Positions 28,469 to 38,537 of a stretch of DNA of 64,000 nt are shown here, one piece after another. The position numbers and the translations under genes were made by a program. Numbering within the stretch: position 1 is the first letter of the stretch; each line of letters opens with the position of its first letter. The stretch lies in the sequence record MH221129.1; one strand, 5' to 3'. The notes below the pieces were generated by a model. That model ran no database searches. It was not told the origin of the DNA and saw nothing but the letters and a program-made list of their open reading frames with translations.

Positions 28469-28908
28469 GAAATTTGCCCTTTCACTTCCGCCATGTAGAA
28501 TCCGAAGGTTTCCATAAAGCGTTCAATCCACAGACCTACTGTTTCCCAGACGTCTTCGCCCAGGGCCTGGTCAAAGATTTCACGCACGGAGAAACTCTGC
28601 ATTGCACGTGCCCCACCGTAGACGTTGCTGTAACGGTTGACGTACAGGCCCACGGTCATGTCTTCGATAACCCCGAGGTCGATACAGTACAACTCGTTCA
28701 CATCAGAAACGATGTTGCGCATAATCGGGCGCAGGAACAGCTGTGAGGCTTCGTTAGCACCACGGGCACCGTTATCAGGCAGGTTAGCGTTAAACGCCAG
28801 AGAGAAGGCCACGAGGCCGGTCAGGGCACGTTGTGCGTGAATACCCTTTCCTTCGTTGGTACGTTTGAAATCCAGTACCAGATTATTCAAGGAGACTTTG
28901 TGCGTCAT
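28465..28908 (-). CDS. Head-associated protein (SPN3US gp46 position)
   Basis: 147 aa, ATGA coupling. Confidence 0.6.
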   Translation of the reverse strand: MTHKVSLNNLVLDFKRTNEGKGIHAQRALTGLVAFSLAFNANLPDNGARGANEASQLFLRPIMRNIVSDVNELYCIDLGVIEDMTVGLYVNRYSNVYGGARAMQSFSVREIFDQALGEDVWETVGLWIERFMETFGFYMAEVKGQIS

Positions 28909-28923
28909 CTTAATTACCCTTTA

Positions 28924-29352
28924 TTAAGCAACGGTAAGACCGGCTTCTTTGATGTGGTTGTGGATCGTGTCGAAGTAGACTTCTTCGTAGTCCGTCACGC
29001 CACGGGTGTAATATTCGGGGGAACCTTCGTAAGCTTGCTGCCATGGCTCAGAACAGTTACCAGAATTAATTCGATAAAGGTGTAAACTGTCCTGCATGGA
29101 AACATTGTTCCAGTAACCGTTGGATTTCAGCAATAGCTCGTTACCGCGCTGCTGTACACGCACGGAGGCGATGGGCTGACCCGGCGCAGTCGAGCGATTA
29201 GTTCGGCAGGCGTATTCGATGCCAGCTTTAACTGCTTCCGTGCGGGTTGCATATGCCTCGAGGGTTGGTGTGTCGGTCCCAATACGGTCGCCGTATAAAT
29301 CACGGTCAACCTGACTGGCCGACAGCACCTTCCAATGATACGGTAACATCAT
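28924..29352 (-). CDS. Hypothetical protein
   Basis: 142 aa filling the gap between head genes; weak SD. Confidence 0.55.
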   Translation of the reverse strand: MMLPYHWKVLSASQVDRDLYGDRIGTDTPTLEAYATRTEAVKAGIEYACRTNRSTAPGQPIASVRVQQRGNELLLKSNGYWNNVSMQDSLHLYRINSGNCSEPWQQAYEGSPEYYTRGVTDYEEVYFDTIHNHIKEAGLTVA

Positions 29353-29390
29353 CCACAGTGTCTGTGGTGCTTCCGTCGAAGATTCCCCTG

Positions 29391-30737
29391 CTACTTTACT
29401 GAGGAGAGTTTAGCAGAGGCAACACGCAGGTCGTTAGACATGTAACGCTCCAGCGCGCGCTGATAATCAACCCCGGCACGTTCACGGCGACCTGACGGTG
29501 TCAACGTCTTCATGATAAAGCTGTACAGATTGTCTTTATCTTTGACAGTCAGCAGCAACTTATCAATAGAAGCGATACCGGCCAGAATGCGTTTGCGATG
29601 CTCGTTAGCTGCTTTGGTGTTCTGGTCTTTCAGGGTAGTGAGTTCTTCCACCAGATTACGGCGAATAGTCTCAAAACGTTCCTGCGGTGGATCGTAGATA
29701 GTGCCTTTCGGGTCATTAATAATCAGACCGAATGCAATCGAGATGCTGGTAAAGAAAATCCCGATTGGGTTGGTCGCTGCGACAATCAACAGGGACACAT
29801 CGAGCATTTCGAGCATCAGGTGTGCACCGTAGTTCATGTACGAACGGTTACGGAACAGATAGAACTGTGACGTTTCCATTTTGTACAGTGCAGAGGCCAG
29901 ATACGGAGCAGCGCCGAAACGTGCAGCAAAGTCATCAGCAGCGCGTTCCCAGGTACGGTTAGCAAAACCTTCTGAGCCCGTCACGAAAGGACGCTCCAGC
30001 AGAACCTGGGTAACCAGGTGCATATAGAGGTTTTCTTTCTTGGTCTCTTTACAGACAGTTTCCGGCTGGTTGATCTTGGTGTTCAGCATACGCTCAACAT
30101 CTTTTACTACCTTCAGGCGCAGTGCCGGATCTTCGGTTTCCATCATGCGGTTTGCAGCCGCATCAGCAATCAGGTTCGTTACCACCGTGCGCATCAGTGT
30201 GCGGAAGTAGTAATACACGTGGCCCACTTCGTGCAGGACGACAGACGCGAGTTCTAAGTCGGACATGTCTAAAGATGTCAGAAGCTTCGGTGTCAGGTAA
30301 AGTGGGGACGGCACTTTACTGAGGTCACCGGTAATCTTCGCATTCTTGTCATCGAACTCGCCGTTCAGCTCATTCTCTTTAATGAACTTGCTGTAGACGT
30401 CGAGGTCTTTGTTACCCTGATAGAAGGTGCGTTGCAAGTTAGAGACGATTGGGTTGTTGGCATCCAGTTTCGGCGGCTCAACGCCTGCAAACACCACATC
30501 CGCCACACCGAGTTCAGACCCGTTACGGAACAGGATGGTGATACCGATTGTATCCAGGACCCAGGCAGCCACACCAGAACTATCATAGCCAGCAGGAGAG
30601 AAATCACCCGCTTCGCGGAATTTACCGATGACCGCAGCTAAGGCGGCCAGTTTCTTTTTATCTTGGAATCCGATGGATTCCCTGGCCACGACTTTCGCCT
30701 CGGCCACACTACGAATGTGCTTTTGCCAGTGTCCCAT
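29391..30737 (-). CDS. Head protein with zincin-like metallopeptidase motif (SPN3US gp45 / phiKZ gp84 position)
   Basis: VLHEVGH (HExxH), ERAADDFA, a hydrophobic segment and an N-terminal ARE/S site. Confidence 0.7.
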   Translation of the reverse strand: MGHWQKHIRSVAEAKVVARESIGFQDKKKLAALAAVIGKFREAGDFSPAGYDSSGVAAWVLDTIGITILFRNGSELGVADVVFAGVEPPKLDANNPIVSNLQRTFYQGNKDLDVYSKFIKENELNGEFDDKNAKITGDLSKVPSPLYLTPKLLTSLDMSDLELASVVLHEVGHVYYYFRTLMRTVVTNLIADAAANRMMETEDPALRLKVVKDVERMLNTKINQPETVCKETKKENLYMHLVTQVLLERPFVTGSEGFANRTWERAADDFAARFGAAPYLASALYKMETSQFYLFRNRSYMNYGAHLMLEMLDVSLLIVAATNPIGIFFTSISIAFGLIINDPKGTIYDPPQERFETIRRNLVEELTTLKDQNTKAANEHRKRILAGIASIDKLLLTVKDKDNLYSFIMKTLTPSGRRERAGVDYQRALERYMSNDLRVASAKLSSVK

Positions 30738-30808
30738 TTAGACGTTCCTTTTAGAAAATTACACTACCCGCAAATCAGTATAGCAGCCACCAGATTTGAG
30801 AGTGAACC

Positions 30809-32593
30809 ATGGAAATCAATACTTATTTTGCACCTGACGATGTCATCGCAAAAGAGTGCAAGCACGTCGCTTACGCAACGGACGAAGAGAAGGAAAATGA
30901 TTTTGTCCTCATCAAAGAGGTCATCCATACTAAGGACGGCAGGCTTATTCCACGCATCATCATGCGTGAAAACTTAAAGCGTCCGGTATACGTTACCCGT
31001 CCTGAATTCCAGAACCATCAAGAGAAAAAAGAGTTCGAGGAAAAGGGTAAATGTCAGGAGTTGTTCACGACCGATGTGGCGATGGCGAAGACGTTACAAA
31101 TGGGATTGGGGGCGCGTTTCCCCGACCCGAAAAAGAATCTTCGTCGTGTCTGTACCAGCCCGTATGCGTATTGGGCTGACCTACCGATAACTTCCTGGAT
31201 TAAAGAAAAGTATCTGTCTAAGTATCCAAACTCCATCACACCAAATCGTCTTTGCGTATACGACGTTGAGACCAACGAAATGGACGGAACGAAAGAACCG
31301 TGGATCATCTCTTTTATCCTGGATGATGAGATTCATTTCTTTGGTGCCAAGAATTACATGGACAGGATCGGTAAAAATGCTGAAGAGATCATTGTCAAGA
31401 AAGCACAAGAGTTGCTCAGCAAAATTGCGTTCGATGAAAAGAACAAAAAGACTGGTGAGAAAGAGACGAAGATTAAGGACATTATCAAAGACTACAAAAT
31501 CTTCACTTATACTTGCGCTACAGCCGGTCAATGTATTGTTCGAATGTTCGAAGAAATCCATCCCCGTCTGCCTGACCTGTTAGTCGCCTGGAACCACCAC
31601 TTCGACTTGTCCAAGATGCTCGAGACTTTACAGAAGGAAGGCATTGACCCCCTGGGTGTCTTTAACCATCCTGACGTACCAGAAAAATATCGTCGTCTGT
31701 GGTTCAAAGAAGATGAAGCAAACAAAAAGACGGAGTCCAAGAAGCTTACCAAAGCACCGTCGCAACAGTGGCACGTGTTGTACTGCACAGCGTCGTTCTA
31801 TTGCGTGGATGCCATGGTGCTGTTTCGTTCGTTGCGTGTGCACGAAGGTCAGCGCCCGTCCTACAAGTTATCAGCCATTCTGTATTCTGAACTCGGGTTA
31901 CAAAAACTCGATATACCAGGACTGCCGTATGAAGATAACCTGCAATGGCACATAAAAGCACAGCGTGACTATCCAGCGGAATATGCCGTCTACAACATCA
32001 TGGATAACCTGTTAATTGTGTTGTTAGACCAGAAGACGAATGACCTCTCTTCAGCAATCTCGATTCTGGCCGGTTTCTCGATGTACGATATCTTCCCGTC
32101 GCTACCGAAACGAATCTGTGTTGCCTTTACGTATTACCTGTATGCTCAGGGTTACGTCATTGGCTGCGTTGGTTCGGCAATGCGTAACGACTACGACGAA
32201 GAGGTTATCGGCACAGATGGTTGGATTGTTACGTTAACGGCGTGTATGAACGCTGAGAACGGGCTGAGTAACATTCTGGAAGAGATAGGGGAGTTCTATT
32301 CTGCGTTCCGTGGACAAACTGCGGATGCGGACTTGACCCAGGCTTATCCGTCAGCCACGAACATGATGAACCAATCGCGTGAAACCACACTGATTGAACT
32401 GCTTTCCATCAATGGCGTGACTGAAGAGATACGTCGTCGTACTGGGGTGAACTTAACCGCTGGGCGTGTAAACGCAATGGAGATTGCAACGGACTTCTTC
32501 CGTCTGCCGGATAAAGATACGGTACTCAGCGCATTCTTAACTCGTCAGGGTGAAGCAGTTACTGACCCAATCGAATACATTAACGGTTTCTAA
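30809..32593 (+). CDS. Split family-B DNA polymerase, exonuclease/N-terminal subunit (phiKZ gp82-like)
   Basis: Exo I YDVET, Exo II AWNHHFD, Exo III YNIMD, and Pol motif A DADLTQAYPS near the C-terminus. Confidence 0.85.
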   Translation: MEINTYFAPDDVIAKECKHVAYATDEEKENDFVLIKEVIHTKDGRLIPRIIMRENLKRPVYVTRPEFQNHQEKKEFEEKGKCQELFTTDVAMAKTLQMGLGARFPDPKKNLRRVCTSPYAYWADLPITSWIKEKYLSKYPNSITPNRLCVYDVETNEMDGTKEPWIISFILDDEIHFFGAKNYMDRIGKNAEEIIVKKAQELLSKIAFDEKNKKTGEKETKIKDIIKDYKIFTYTCATAGQCIVRMFEEIHPRLPDLLVAWNHHFDLSKMLETLQKEGIDPLGVFNHPDVPEKYRRLWFKEDEANKKTESKKLTKAPSQQWHVLYCTASFYCVDAMVLFRSLRVHEGQRPSYKLSAILYSELGLQKLDIPGLPYEDNLQWHIKAQRDYPAEYAVYNIMDNLLIVLLDQKTNDLSSAISILAGFSMYDIFPSLPKRICVAFTYYLYAQGYVIGCVGSAMRNDYDEEVIGTDGWIVTLTACMNAENGLSNILEEIGEFYSAFRGQTADADLTQAYPSATNMMNQSRETTLIELLSINGVTEEIRRRTGVNLTAGRVNAMEIATDFFRLPDKDTVLSAFLTRQGEAVTDPIEYINGF

Positions 32594-32644
32594 GAAAAAA
32601 AAGAAAGTCCTCTCTACCCTAGGGTAGAGAGGTGCTTTTATTTA
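32594..32644. terminator. Bidirectional terminator
   Basis: A-tract, CCTCTCTACC-CTAG-GGTAGAGAGG, then TGCTTTTATTT. Confidence 0.8.
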
Positions 32645-33142
32645 ACCGCCAAATGCGTGCATGATAAGCGATTTCAAATCAGGGTCAGCCACACGGCTTG
32701 CCAGACGGTTTACGTCGTTGGTCTGACTGAAGTTCGCTTTGTTGGTAGAACGTGCATAACGTACCAGCATGTTAATGAAGATAACGAATGCTTCGCGTTC
32801 ATCACGATTCGGGAAGTTTTCAGACATGCGCTGATTAACTGACGGGGCGTAGAAGATACCGTTACGGTACTTCGTTGCCGCGGCAACAAACGCATAGAAA
32901 CCATCCAGGAATGCCTGGCCACGCAGTTTAAACAGCGTACGGAAAGACTGGTGCAGTTTGTTGTACGCGTCTTTCTCGGATTGTGTGCCGGATGCTTTAG
33001 ACGGGCCAGCACCGTTGCCTGCTTCGTCAAGCATGGTGGTAATCAGTTTAACCTGAAACTGATCGTCGTTGCTGTAAGCCGCATCAACACGTTGTACACC
33101 ATCGGCGCGTTGGTCGAGGGTTTCAATGTCTTTTTTGGTCAT
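32642..33142 (-). CDS. Conserved hypothetical protein
   Basis: 166 aa, SD TAAGGA. Confidence 0.7.
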   Translation of the reverse strand: MTKKDIETLDQRADGVQRVDAAYSNDDQFQVKLITTMLDEAGNGAGPSKASGTQSEKDAYNKLHQSFRTLFKLRGQAFLDGFYAFVAAATKYRNGIFYAPSVNQRMSENFPNRDEREAFVIFINMLVRYARSTNKANFSQTNDVNRLASRVADPDLKSLIMHAFGG

Positions 33143-33155
33143 GGGGAAACAATCC

Positions 33156-34457
33156 TTAGGTAATGTGGAATTTAGGGAGGAACTCTTTCACCACCGTCTC
33201 ACGGCCGTGCATCGCACCCATTGCGGTGGTCATGACGTTGGAGAAGCCGGAAGAGATATCCGCAGCGATTGCACGTGGTTCTTCTGCTTTGTGAGCTGAA
33301 GCGCAGGCCGCACAACAGTCTACGTGACCCTGCTGACATAAGATGGGTCGACGCAAGCGAACCACTTTACCGAACTGGGTCTTCAGGTAGTCGTCCGTAA
33401 GCTGTGTGACTTTCCCGTTAACCATCGCGTTCATGCCAACGTAACGTTTATAGTTGTGTTGGTTAATCACCAGGGCATGGGTCAGTTTGGTTCCGCAGTC
33501 ACCCGGTACGATTTTGTGGTTCTGGAAAATCATCTGGATGATACGTACCTGTTCGCCACCCTTCGCTGTTTCGGCACCACGCATGAAGGACCCTTCACGG
33601 GTATCGTTGAATTTCTCTACCAGGTTACGCATCCCGGTTTCGTCAACTTCCATCAAGCTGGTTGGAATCAGTGTAAAGTCGGCACCTTCTTTGAAGGCGG
33701 TCTGGATGCCGTACATCAACATCAGCTTACGACGGCGCATACGTGCTTTCGCAGAATTATAGAACTCCACGGACTGGTCACCGCTTAACCACTCTTTATC
33801 AAGGTCATCCAGAGCTTTCTCAATCATTACAATGACAGCGGGGTTATCCAGTTCGTCTTTATGCTTGAGCAGCAACGCATCGCGCACCTTATACGCATCA
33901 GGATGCGTTGTAAGGCTCCGAATGGTGCCTGTAGGTGCAATCCCCCTGGTAAGAGGTGCAAGCTCGTGTAGACCGCCTACGAAGCGTCCTATCATGCTAG
34001 GGCGAATTGCCGTTGCATTCTCAGGCTCATCTTCTTCGTAGTCCAGACAGCGGTCATACATCTCTTCACTGTACGCCATCGGGTCACGGGACTCCGCCAA
34101 ATACGGCATACGTGTCTCGAATGCGTAATAGATGACAATCCAGTTGAATATGTACCGCCCCACAGTCGTAGGGATAGGACCATTCAGTCCTGGGTACATA
34201 TCGGGTCGCAACTCGAATTGTTCTTCCGGAATGAACAACTCTTCATCTTTTTTCGCTCCGACAATCGGTTCCCATGAGCCGACGCCGTCTTTCACGGCGT
34301 AGTAGTGCGCGAGCCCGTCAATATAATTCAGATCAAATTCTTCAGGCGGCTCACCCTTCTCGTTAAAGATGGCCAAGTTGAATACCGCGATACGCCACAC
34401 CAGGCGACGCCAGGCTTCGGCCTTACACGCGGCAACAAGGTATTCAATCTTGTTCAT
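33156..34457 (-). CDS. Virion RNA polymerase beta' middle subunit (phiKZ gp80 / SPN3US gp42)
   Basis: ATG 34457 preferred. REGSFMRGAETAKGG (bridge-helix region), DCGT, RRPILC, CCAAC zinc site. Confidence 0.85.
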   Translation of the reverse strand: MNKIEYLVAACKAEAWRRLVWRIAVFNLAIFNEKGEPPEEFDLNYIDGLAHYYAVKDGVGSWEPIVGAKKDEELFIPEEQFELRPDMYPGLNGPIPTTVGRYIFNWIVIYYAFETRMPYLAESRDPMAYSEEMYDRCLDYEEDEPENATAIRPSMIGRFVGGLHELAPLTRGIAPTGTIRSLTTHPDAYKVRDALLLKHKDELDNPAVIVMIEKALDDLDKEWLSGDQSVEFYNSAKARMRRRKLMLMYGIQTAFKEGADFTLIPTSLMEVDETGMRNLVEKFNDTREGSFMRGAETAKGGEQVRIIQMIFQNHKIVPGDCGTKLTHALVINQHNYKRYVGMNAMVNGKVTQLTDDYLKTQFGKVVRLRRPILCQQGHVDCCAACASAHKAEEPRAIAADISSGFSNVMTTAMGAMHGRETVVKEFLPKFHIT

Positions 34458-35307
34458 AATCTTCCTCTTCCTGCTCATCGTCCATGCCGTAGATGGCTTT
34501 CAGAGCACCCATGGCACGACGCAGCAAATCTCCCGCAGGTAAGTTCTCTGCGTTCAACAGGGCAAAGTTCTTTGCCAAATCATCGTAAGCTTCATCGAAC
34601 GTTTCGTTAGGGATAATAGAAAGTCCTACGCTGTACATGATAAGCAAGTCTTCTTCACTGATGTCATCAGCCGCATAATCGAAGGATTGCTGCACAACCG
34701 TCAGATCAGGTTCGGGTGGTAAGTTTAAGAACACGAACGCGGACGGGTTCTCAGGGAATGCGCGAAGGTACGCGACCACACGCCCCTGACGCAAGTAATC
34801 GTTACCGGCATTCTGCGCTTCTAAAGCGGAAGCCGATAAGAAGTTCTGCATCACCGTCATCACGCGGGGACTGACCACCGTAATCAAATCTTCAAAGTGC
34901 AAGTTGTCGTCGCCGTAGACGTAACGACACATGTTTTCCAGAATGTACTCTGGCGTTTCACCAGAAAGCACGATACCGTAGAGGGTATCGGTGTCTTCGA
35001 ACTCCTCGAATTTCTCTAATAAACCGTGGAGGATTCGAACGGTCTCTTTGGGTTTCTTGAAAACTATCTGCGGGTTCAAACCAACCCCAAGGCGGTTACC
35101 TAACGCAACAGCCACTTTTACAATAATGCCTTCAAGACGAACAGTTTCCTCTGTCGGTTCAGACAGCGGATTAAAATAGACGTCAGACAATGCGACATCG
35201 TAACCGTAGTCCATACCGAGCGAGACTAAGTCAAGCATGGGCGCTGCACGGTCTTCATGACGATTGACCGTTAAGACGGCCGCATAGTCGGTATAAATGT
35301 CAATCAT
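34444..35307 (-). CDS. Virion protein (phiKZ gp79 position)
   Basis: 287 aa, acidic tail, synteny. Confidence 0.6.
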   Translation of the reverse strand: MIDIYTDYAAVLTVNRHEDRAAPMLDLVSLGMDYGYDVALSDVYFNPLSEPTEETVRLEGIIVKVAVALGNRLGVGLNPQIVFKKPKETVRILHGLLEKFEEFEDTDTLYGIVLSGETPEYILENMCRYVYGDDNLHFEDLITVVSPRVMTVMQNFLSASALEAQNAGNDYLRQGRVVAYLRAFPENPSAFVFLNLPPEPDLTVVQQSFDYAADDISEEDLLIMYSVGLSIIPNETFDEAYDDLAKNFALLNAENLPAGDLLRRAMGALKAIYGMDDEQEEEDYEQD

Positions 35308-35345
35308 GGCTCTCTTCCACTATGGAATGGGTATCATACCAAGGC

Positions 35346-35378
35346 AAAAAAAGAAGAAAGAGCAGGGCCGAAGCCCTG
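35346..35378 (-). terminator. Intrinsic terminator
   Basis: CAGGGC-TTCG-GCCCTG then CTCTTTCTTCTTTTTTT. Confidence 0.75.
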
Positions 35379-35381
35379 TCT

Positions 35382-35873
35382 TTATTTAGCGTGCTGTCCC
35401 GTCATTTCTTTCTCCAAGTTTTCCAGCGCGCGGTCACCTTGGATATCCTCTCCAGCTTTCTTGATAATCGCGTTGCGACGACGGATGTTGTCGAGCATCA
35501 TGAGTATCTGCCAGCGTGGACGATCGAGGAACTCGTCAATCGTTATTCGGTAATGCTCGCCAACCTGCTCGCGCAAGTACGTGGCATACCAGATATCGTA
35601 CAGACTACCAAAGATAGGGTTCTCAAATTCTGAGACCCCCACTTGGTTGTAACCGGTGTCCAACCCCAACGTACGGTCGTACGCCCCCATCAACTCGTCG
35701 TGAGCTTCTTGATACGTGATAGGTCGGACACTGCGCTGCTTGAACAGTGAGGTGGTATCCATCTTGAGCGTAGTAATGATTTGCTCGGACGGGACTTCTT
35801 CCTGGTCTAGCCAATATCGGCGTATTGATCCAGCAAGAATTTCTGAATCTCGGACACCACTCGAGAGAGCACG
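35382..35873 (-). CDS. Downstream (-1 frame) segment of a putative tail-assembly chaperone (gpT-like)
   Basis: The frame is open from 35957 through the end of the upstream gene. Its internal ATG 35762 has no SD. YRITIDEFLDRPRWQILMML resembles gpT/E'-type segments. Confidence 0.6.
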   Translation of the reverse strand, partial: RALSSGVRDSEILAGSIRRYWLDQEEVPSEQIITTLKMDTTSLFKQRSVRPITYQEAHDELMGAYDRTLGLDTGYNQVGVSEFENPIFGSLYDIWYATYLREQVGEHYRITIDEFLDRPRWQILMMLDNIRRRNAIIKKAGEDIQGDRALENLEKEMTGQHAK

Positions 35874-37870
35874 AAAAAAACCCTGTCCGGACTGATGGTA
35901 ACAATACCGCGATACATACCTTCTTTCTCGCCGTGTTGTTTCCCGCACTGTGGACAACGTTTACCCATGTAACCGAAGACTGCCAGGCGAGTACGTTCGA
36001 TGTATTCAGCGATGGCGTTTTCGAACTGCCCGACATACAGACGATCGGATGACAGTTCTTCGAGCATTTCGATAATCTTCTGCTCGTTAGTCTCTGTGAC
36101 CGGAATCGGCTGGGTTTCACCGTTCACGTCGCGGTACTCAACGACAGTAATCGATTTCACCATGTGGGCATAGCGGGTCAGGCGACGGGACTCTGCCGTT
36201 AAGCGCATGTGGTTCTCACGCTCACGTTCAGTGCCAAACTCCGCAAGGGCAGCAGTGGTAGAGGCGTTAACATCTTCAATCCAGCGTTCGGTGGAGTCGA
36301 AGAAACGACCCAGAGATGCACGACCGAATTCCACTTTAACCTGATTGTAATCAAAGATAGCTGCCGGGTCGATAGGATGAGACTTCACGTACTCTTCCTG
36401 CTCAGCCATGGTGATCATCGGACGTTCTGTACCACGCTGACGTGCCCACAGTTGTTTCTGCAGGTCCGTGAACAGACCCGTACCGAAACGAATACAGCGC
36501 GCGATGTTCAGTTTCACGGCTTCTTCGGAAGTACAGTCTTTCTCACCGCACAGCAACGTCCACGGAATCCCTGCCGGGAACTTGGCTTGTAATGGGCCAA
36601 GGATAATCAACCAGTAGTCAGCCAGGTCGACTTTCTCCAACAGCACAGTGCGCAGGTCATTACCTTCACAGTCAATGGTCGCTTCGGTAACGAACTGCAG
36701 CGCGAACTCAACCATGTGACGCATGTAAACGCCCGAGGATGAAGACAGCATCAGACCGTAAGTCTGCATCCCGATGGTCGCAGTTTCCAGCGTCAAACGC
36801 ATATCGAAGTCGCAAAGGTCACGTTCGTGCGGAGCGCGGAAGCCGACGTAGATACCCGTTGCTGGTAACCAGACCGAGTTAGGGATACCTGACTTACGAA
36901 CACGGCGCAGAGCAGCAATCGCACCAGTGTGCATGTTATCACGCGGTGAGATAGCGCCTGCAGGAGAACCACCGTCCCCGAGATCAACGCGCTGCTCCCA
37001 GGCAGTATCATCACGTTCCAGGGCACCTGAGAACGACGGCGTACCGTCTTGCAGACGCGGTGGCGTCATGTTCAGGGCACGGTAGATGCGCTCGTAGCGG
37101 TCTTTCTCTTCTTGAGAAGAGAATAACGGGCGACCATCTTTCGGTGAACGCTTGATGCTACGCAGAAAACTTTGCAGTTCTTCGGCAATCAGGTTCGGGT
37201 CTTGTGATAAACCCAGGAGCGTTGACGTCTGCAGCAGGATGGCGTTCGGATCGTCATTATCCAGTGCCGACGTTTCAGCCAGATGTTGCTTATCGCCGAA
37301 ATTAATCTGGCGCTCCACAGTTTGCTCTGGAACTTTCGGTGCAGCATCTTCGTGGTCGGCAGCTTTACGGGCAACAGGCTCTGGAGCGGTCGTTTGTTCC
37401 TGGCGTGGCACTTCTGCGTGAAGATGCGGATGTTCCATGCTCGGACCAGGCGAAGCAACCGTTACGTTCTCCGGGGCAGGTTGCGCGGGTGGTTGCTGCA
37501 CGACCGGTGCGGGTGAGTCATCGACCACGGTACCGCGGGTGACTTCCTCAACATGGGCATGTGCGGCGTACTCAACCTTTTCCGCGGTAGGAAGTGGTTC
37601 ATCGTCATACGTCGGACGTTGCAGTGGGACTTCCGGTTCTTCGGCGCGAAGCAGTTGTGGCGAGTAGTGTTCTGCGTACAAACTCTCCGCGCGGGCAAAA
37701 GAAATACCGGGATTGGATTTCTTAATCAACAACACCGCCGCTTCGCTATCCATTGTTTCGATTTGCGAGCGTGGTGGGATAACCAGCTCTTGCGCATCTT
37801 GCGATGGCGTCGGCTGATTTGGGTTGGGGCGTCGAGCATTGCTCGGGCGCTGATCCTGGATATCAGACAT
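35807..37870 (-). CDS. Zn-binding protein, putative tail/baseplate-hub assembly chaperone (phiKZ gp77 position; T4 gp26/gp51-like)
   Basis: 687 aa. Pro/Glu-rich disordered N-terminus, LCGEKDC and RCPQC motifs, ends ...DRVFF. Confidence 0.55.
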   Translation of the reverse strand: MSDIQDQRPSNARRPNPNQPTPSQDAQELVIPPRSQIETMDSEAAVLLIKKSNPGISFARAESLYAEHYSPQLLRAEEPEVPLQRPTYDDEPLPTAEKVEYAAHAHVEEVTRGTVVDDSPAPVVQQPPAQPAPENVTVASPGPSMEHPHLHAEVPRQEQTTAPEPVARKAADHEDAAPKVPEQTVERQINFGDKQHLAETSALDNDDPNAILLQTSTLLGLSQDPNLIAEELQSFLRSIKRSPKDGRPLFSSQEEKDRYERIYRALNMTPPRLQDGTPSFSGALERDDTAWEQRVDLGDGGSPAGAISPRDNMHTGAIAALRRVRKSGIPNSVWLPATGIYVGFRAPHERDLCDFDMRLTLETATIGMQTYGLMLSSSSGVYMRHMVEFALQFVTEATIDCEGNDLRTVLLEKVDLADYWLIILGPLQAKFPAGIPWTLLCGEKDCTSEEAVKLNIARCIRFGTGLFTDLQKQLWARQRGTERPMITMAEQEEYVKSHPIDPAAIFDYNQVKVEFGRASLGRFFDSTERWIEDVNASTTAALAEFGTERERENHMRLTAESRRLTRYAHMVKSITVVEYRDVNGETQPIPVTETNEQKIIEMLEELSSDRLYVGQFENAIAEYIERTRLAVFGYMGKRCPQCGKQHGEKEGMYRGIVTISPDRVFFVLSRVVSEIQKFLLDQYADIG
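35873..35883 (-). promoter_or_regulatory. -1 ribosomal frameshift slippery site GGG-UUUUUUU-C (U UUU UUC)
   Basis: 0-frame codons AGG GTT TTT TTC; the -1 frame continues CGT GCT CTC and stays open to 35382. Confidence 0.65.
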
Positions 37871-38480
37871 TGGCAGTTTCCTCTACTTCCAGCTTGACGT
37901 CGTTGTGGTCGATGGGTGCCGGCTGCATTTCTTTCGCTTGGTCGGCAATCGCATCAGCTAACAGAGCTTTCGCCTGTTCCATGGTCTGACCTTTATTCAA
38001 CGCCTGCTTAATGAACTTCACTTCTGCGTTATAACGCGAGAAGATTTCGATGCTGGTATAATGCACGTCCATCGCCAGGGCCAGACTGTCCTGTTCGATA
38101 GCGCCCATTGCAATCTGGTCAAGAACGACCTGATCTTTAATGTCTTTCCATGGTTTGCTGTGGTCGTCCAGCACCGCTAACACCGGGGTAGCGATTGCAT
38201 CCATATCGACAACCAGCTTATTATACTTCGGAGTGGCGTCAGCCCCCATGCCAATCAGGGCGGCTTTAGCGCGTTCTAACGACTCCAGGGAGAACTGCTT
38301 CAGTTCTTCGTGCGTGATGGATTCAACCACTTCACGCTCAGCGTCCACGCGACCGGCCAGGAAACTGCCGGACTCGACGAAGACGTCCTGACGTTTCAGC
38401 AGGTTTTTCATGGTCGCGACAACAGACTCACGAGCCAGTTTACGTGGGTTATAAGCGGGTTTCTTTTTGCGACGACTCAT
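37863..38480 (-). CDS. Conserved hypothetical protein
   Basis: 205 aa, basic N-terminus MSRRKKKP, SD AAGGA. Confidence 0.7.
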   Translation of the reverse strand: MSRRKKKPAYNPRKLARESVVATMKNLLKRQDVFVESGSFLAGRVDAEREVVESITHEELKQFSLESLERAKAALIGMGADATPKYNKLVVDMDAIATPVLAVLDDHSKPWKDIKDQVVLDQIAMGAIEQDSLALAMDVHYTSIEIFSRYNAEVKFIKQALNKGQTMEQAKALLADAIADQAKEMQPAPIDHNDVKLEVEETANV

Positions 38481-38537
38481 CGTAATATTCCTTTTGAATA
38501 GGGGTTGGGTGTATACACAATATACACCCCTGACGTA

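Noticed and set aside
19782-30764. GTGTAATT upstream of two head genes (19782 and 30757)
   Set aside because: Only two copies, with different spacing to the start (27 versus 19 nt); insufficient to call a promoter.
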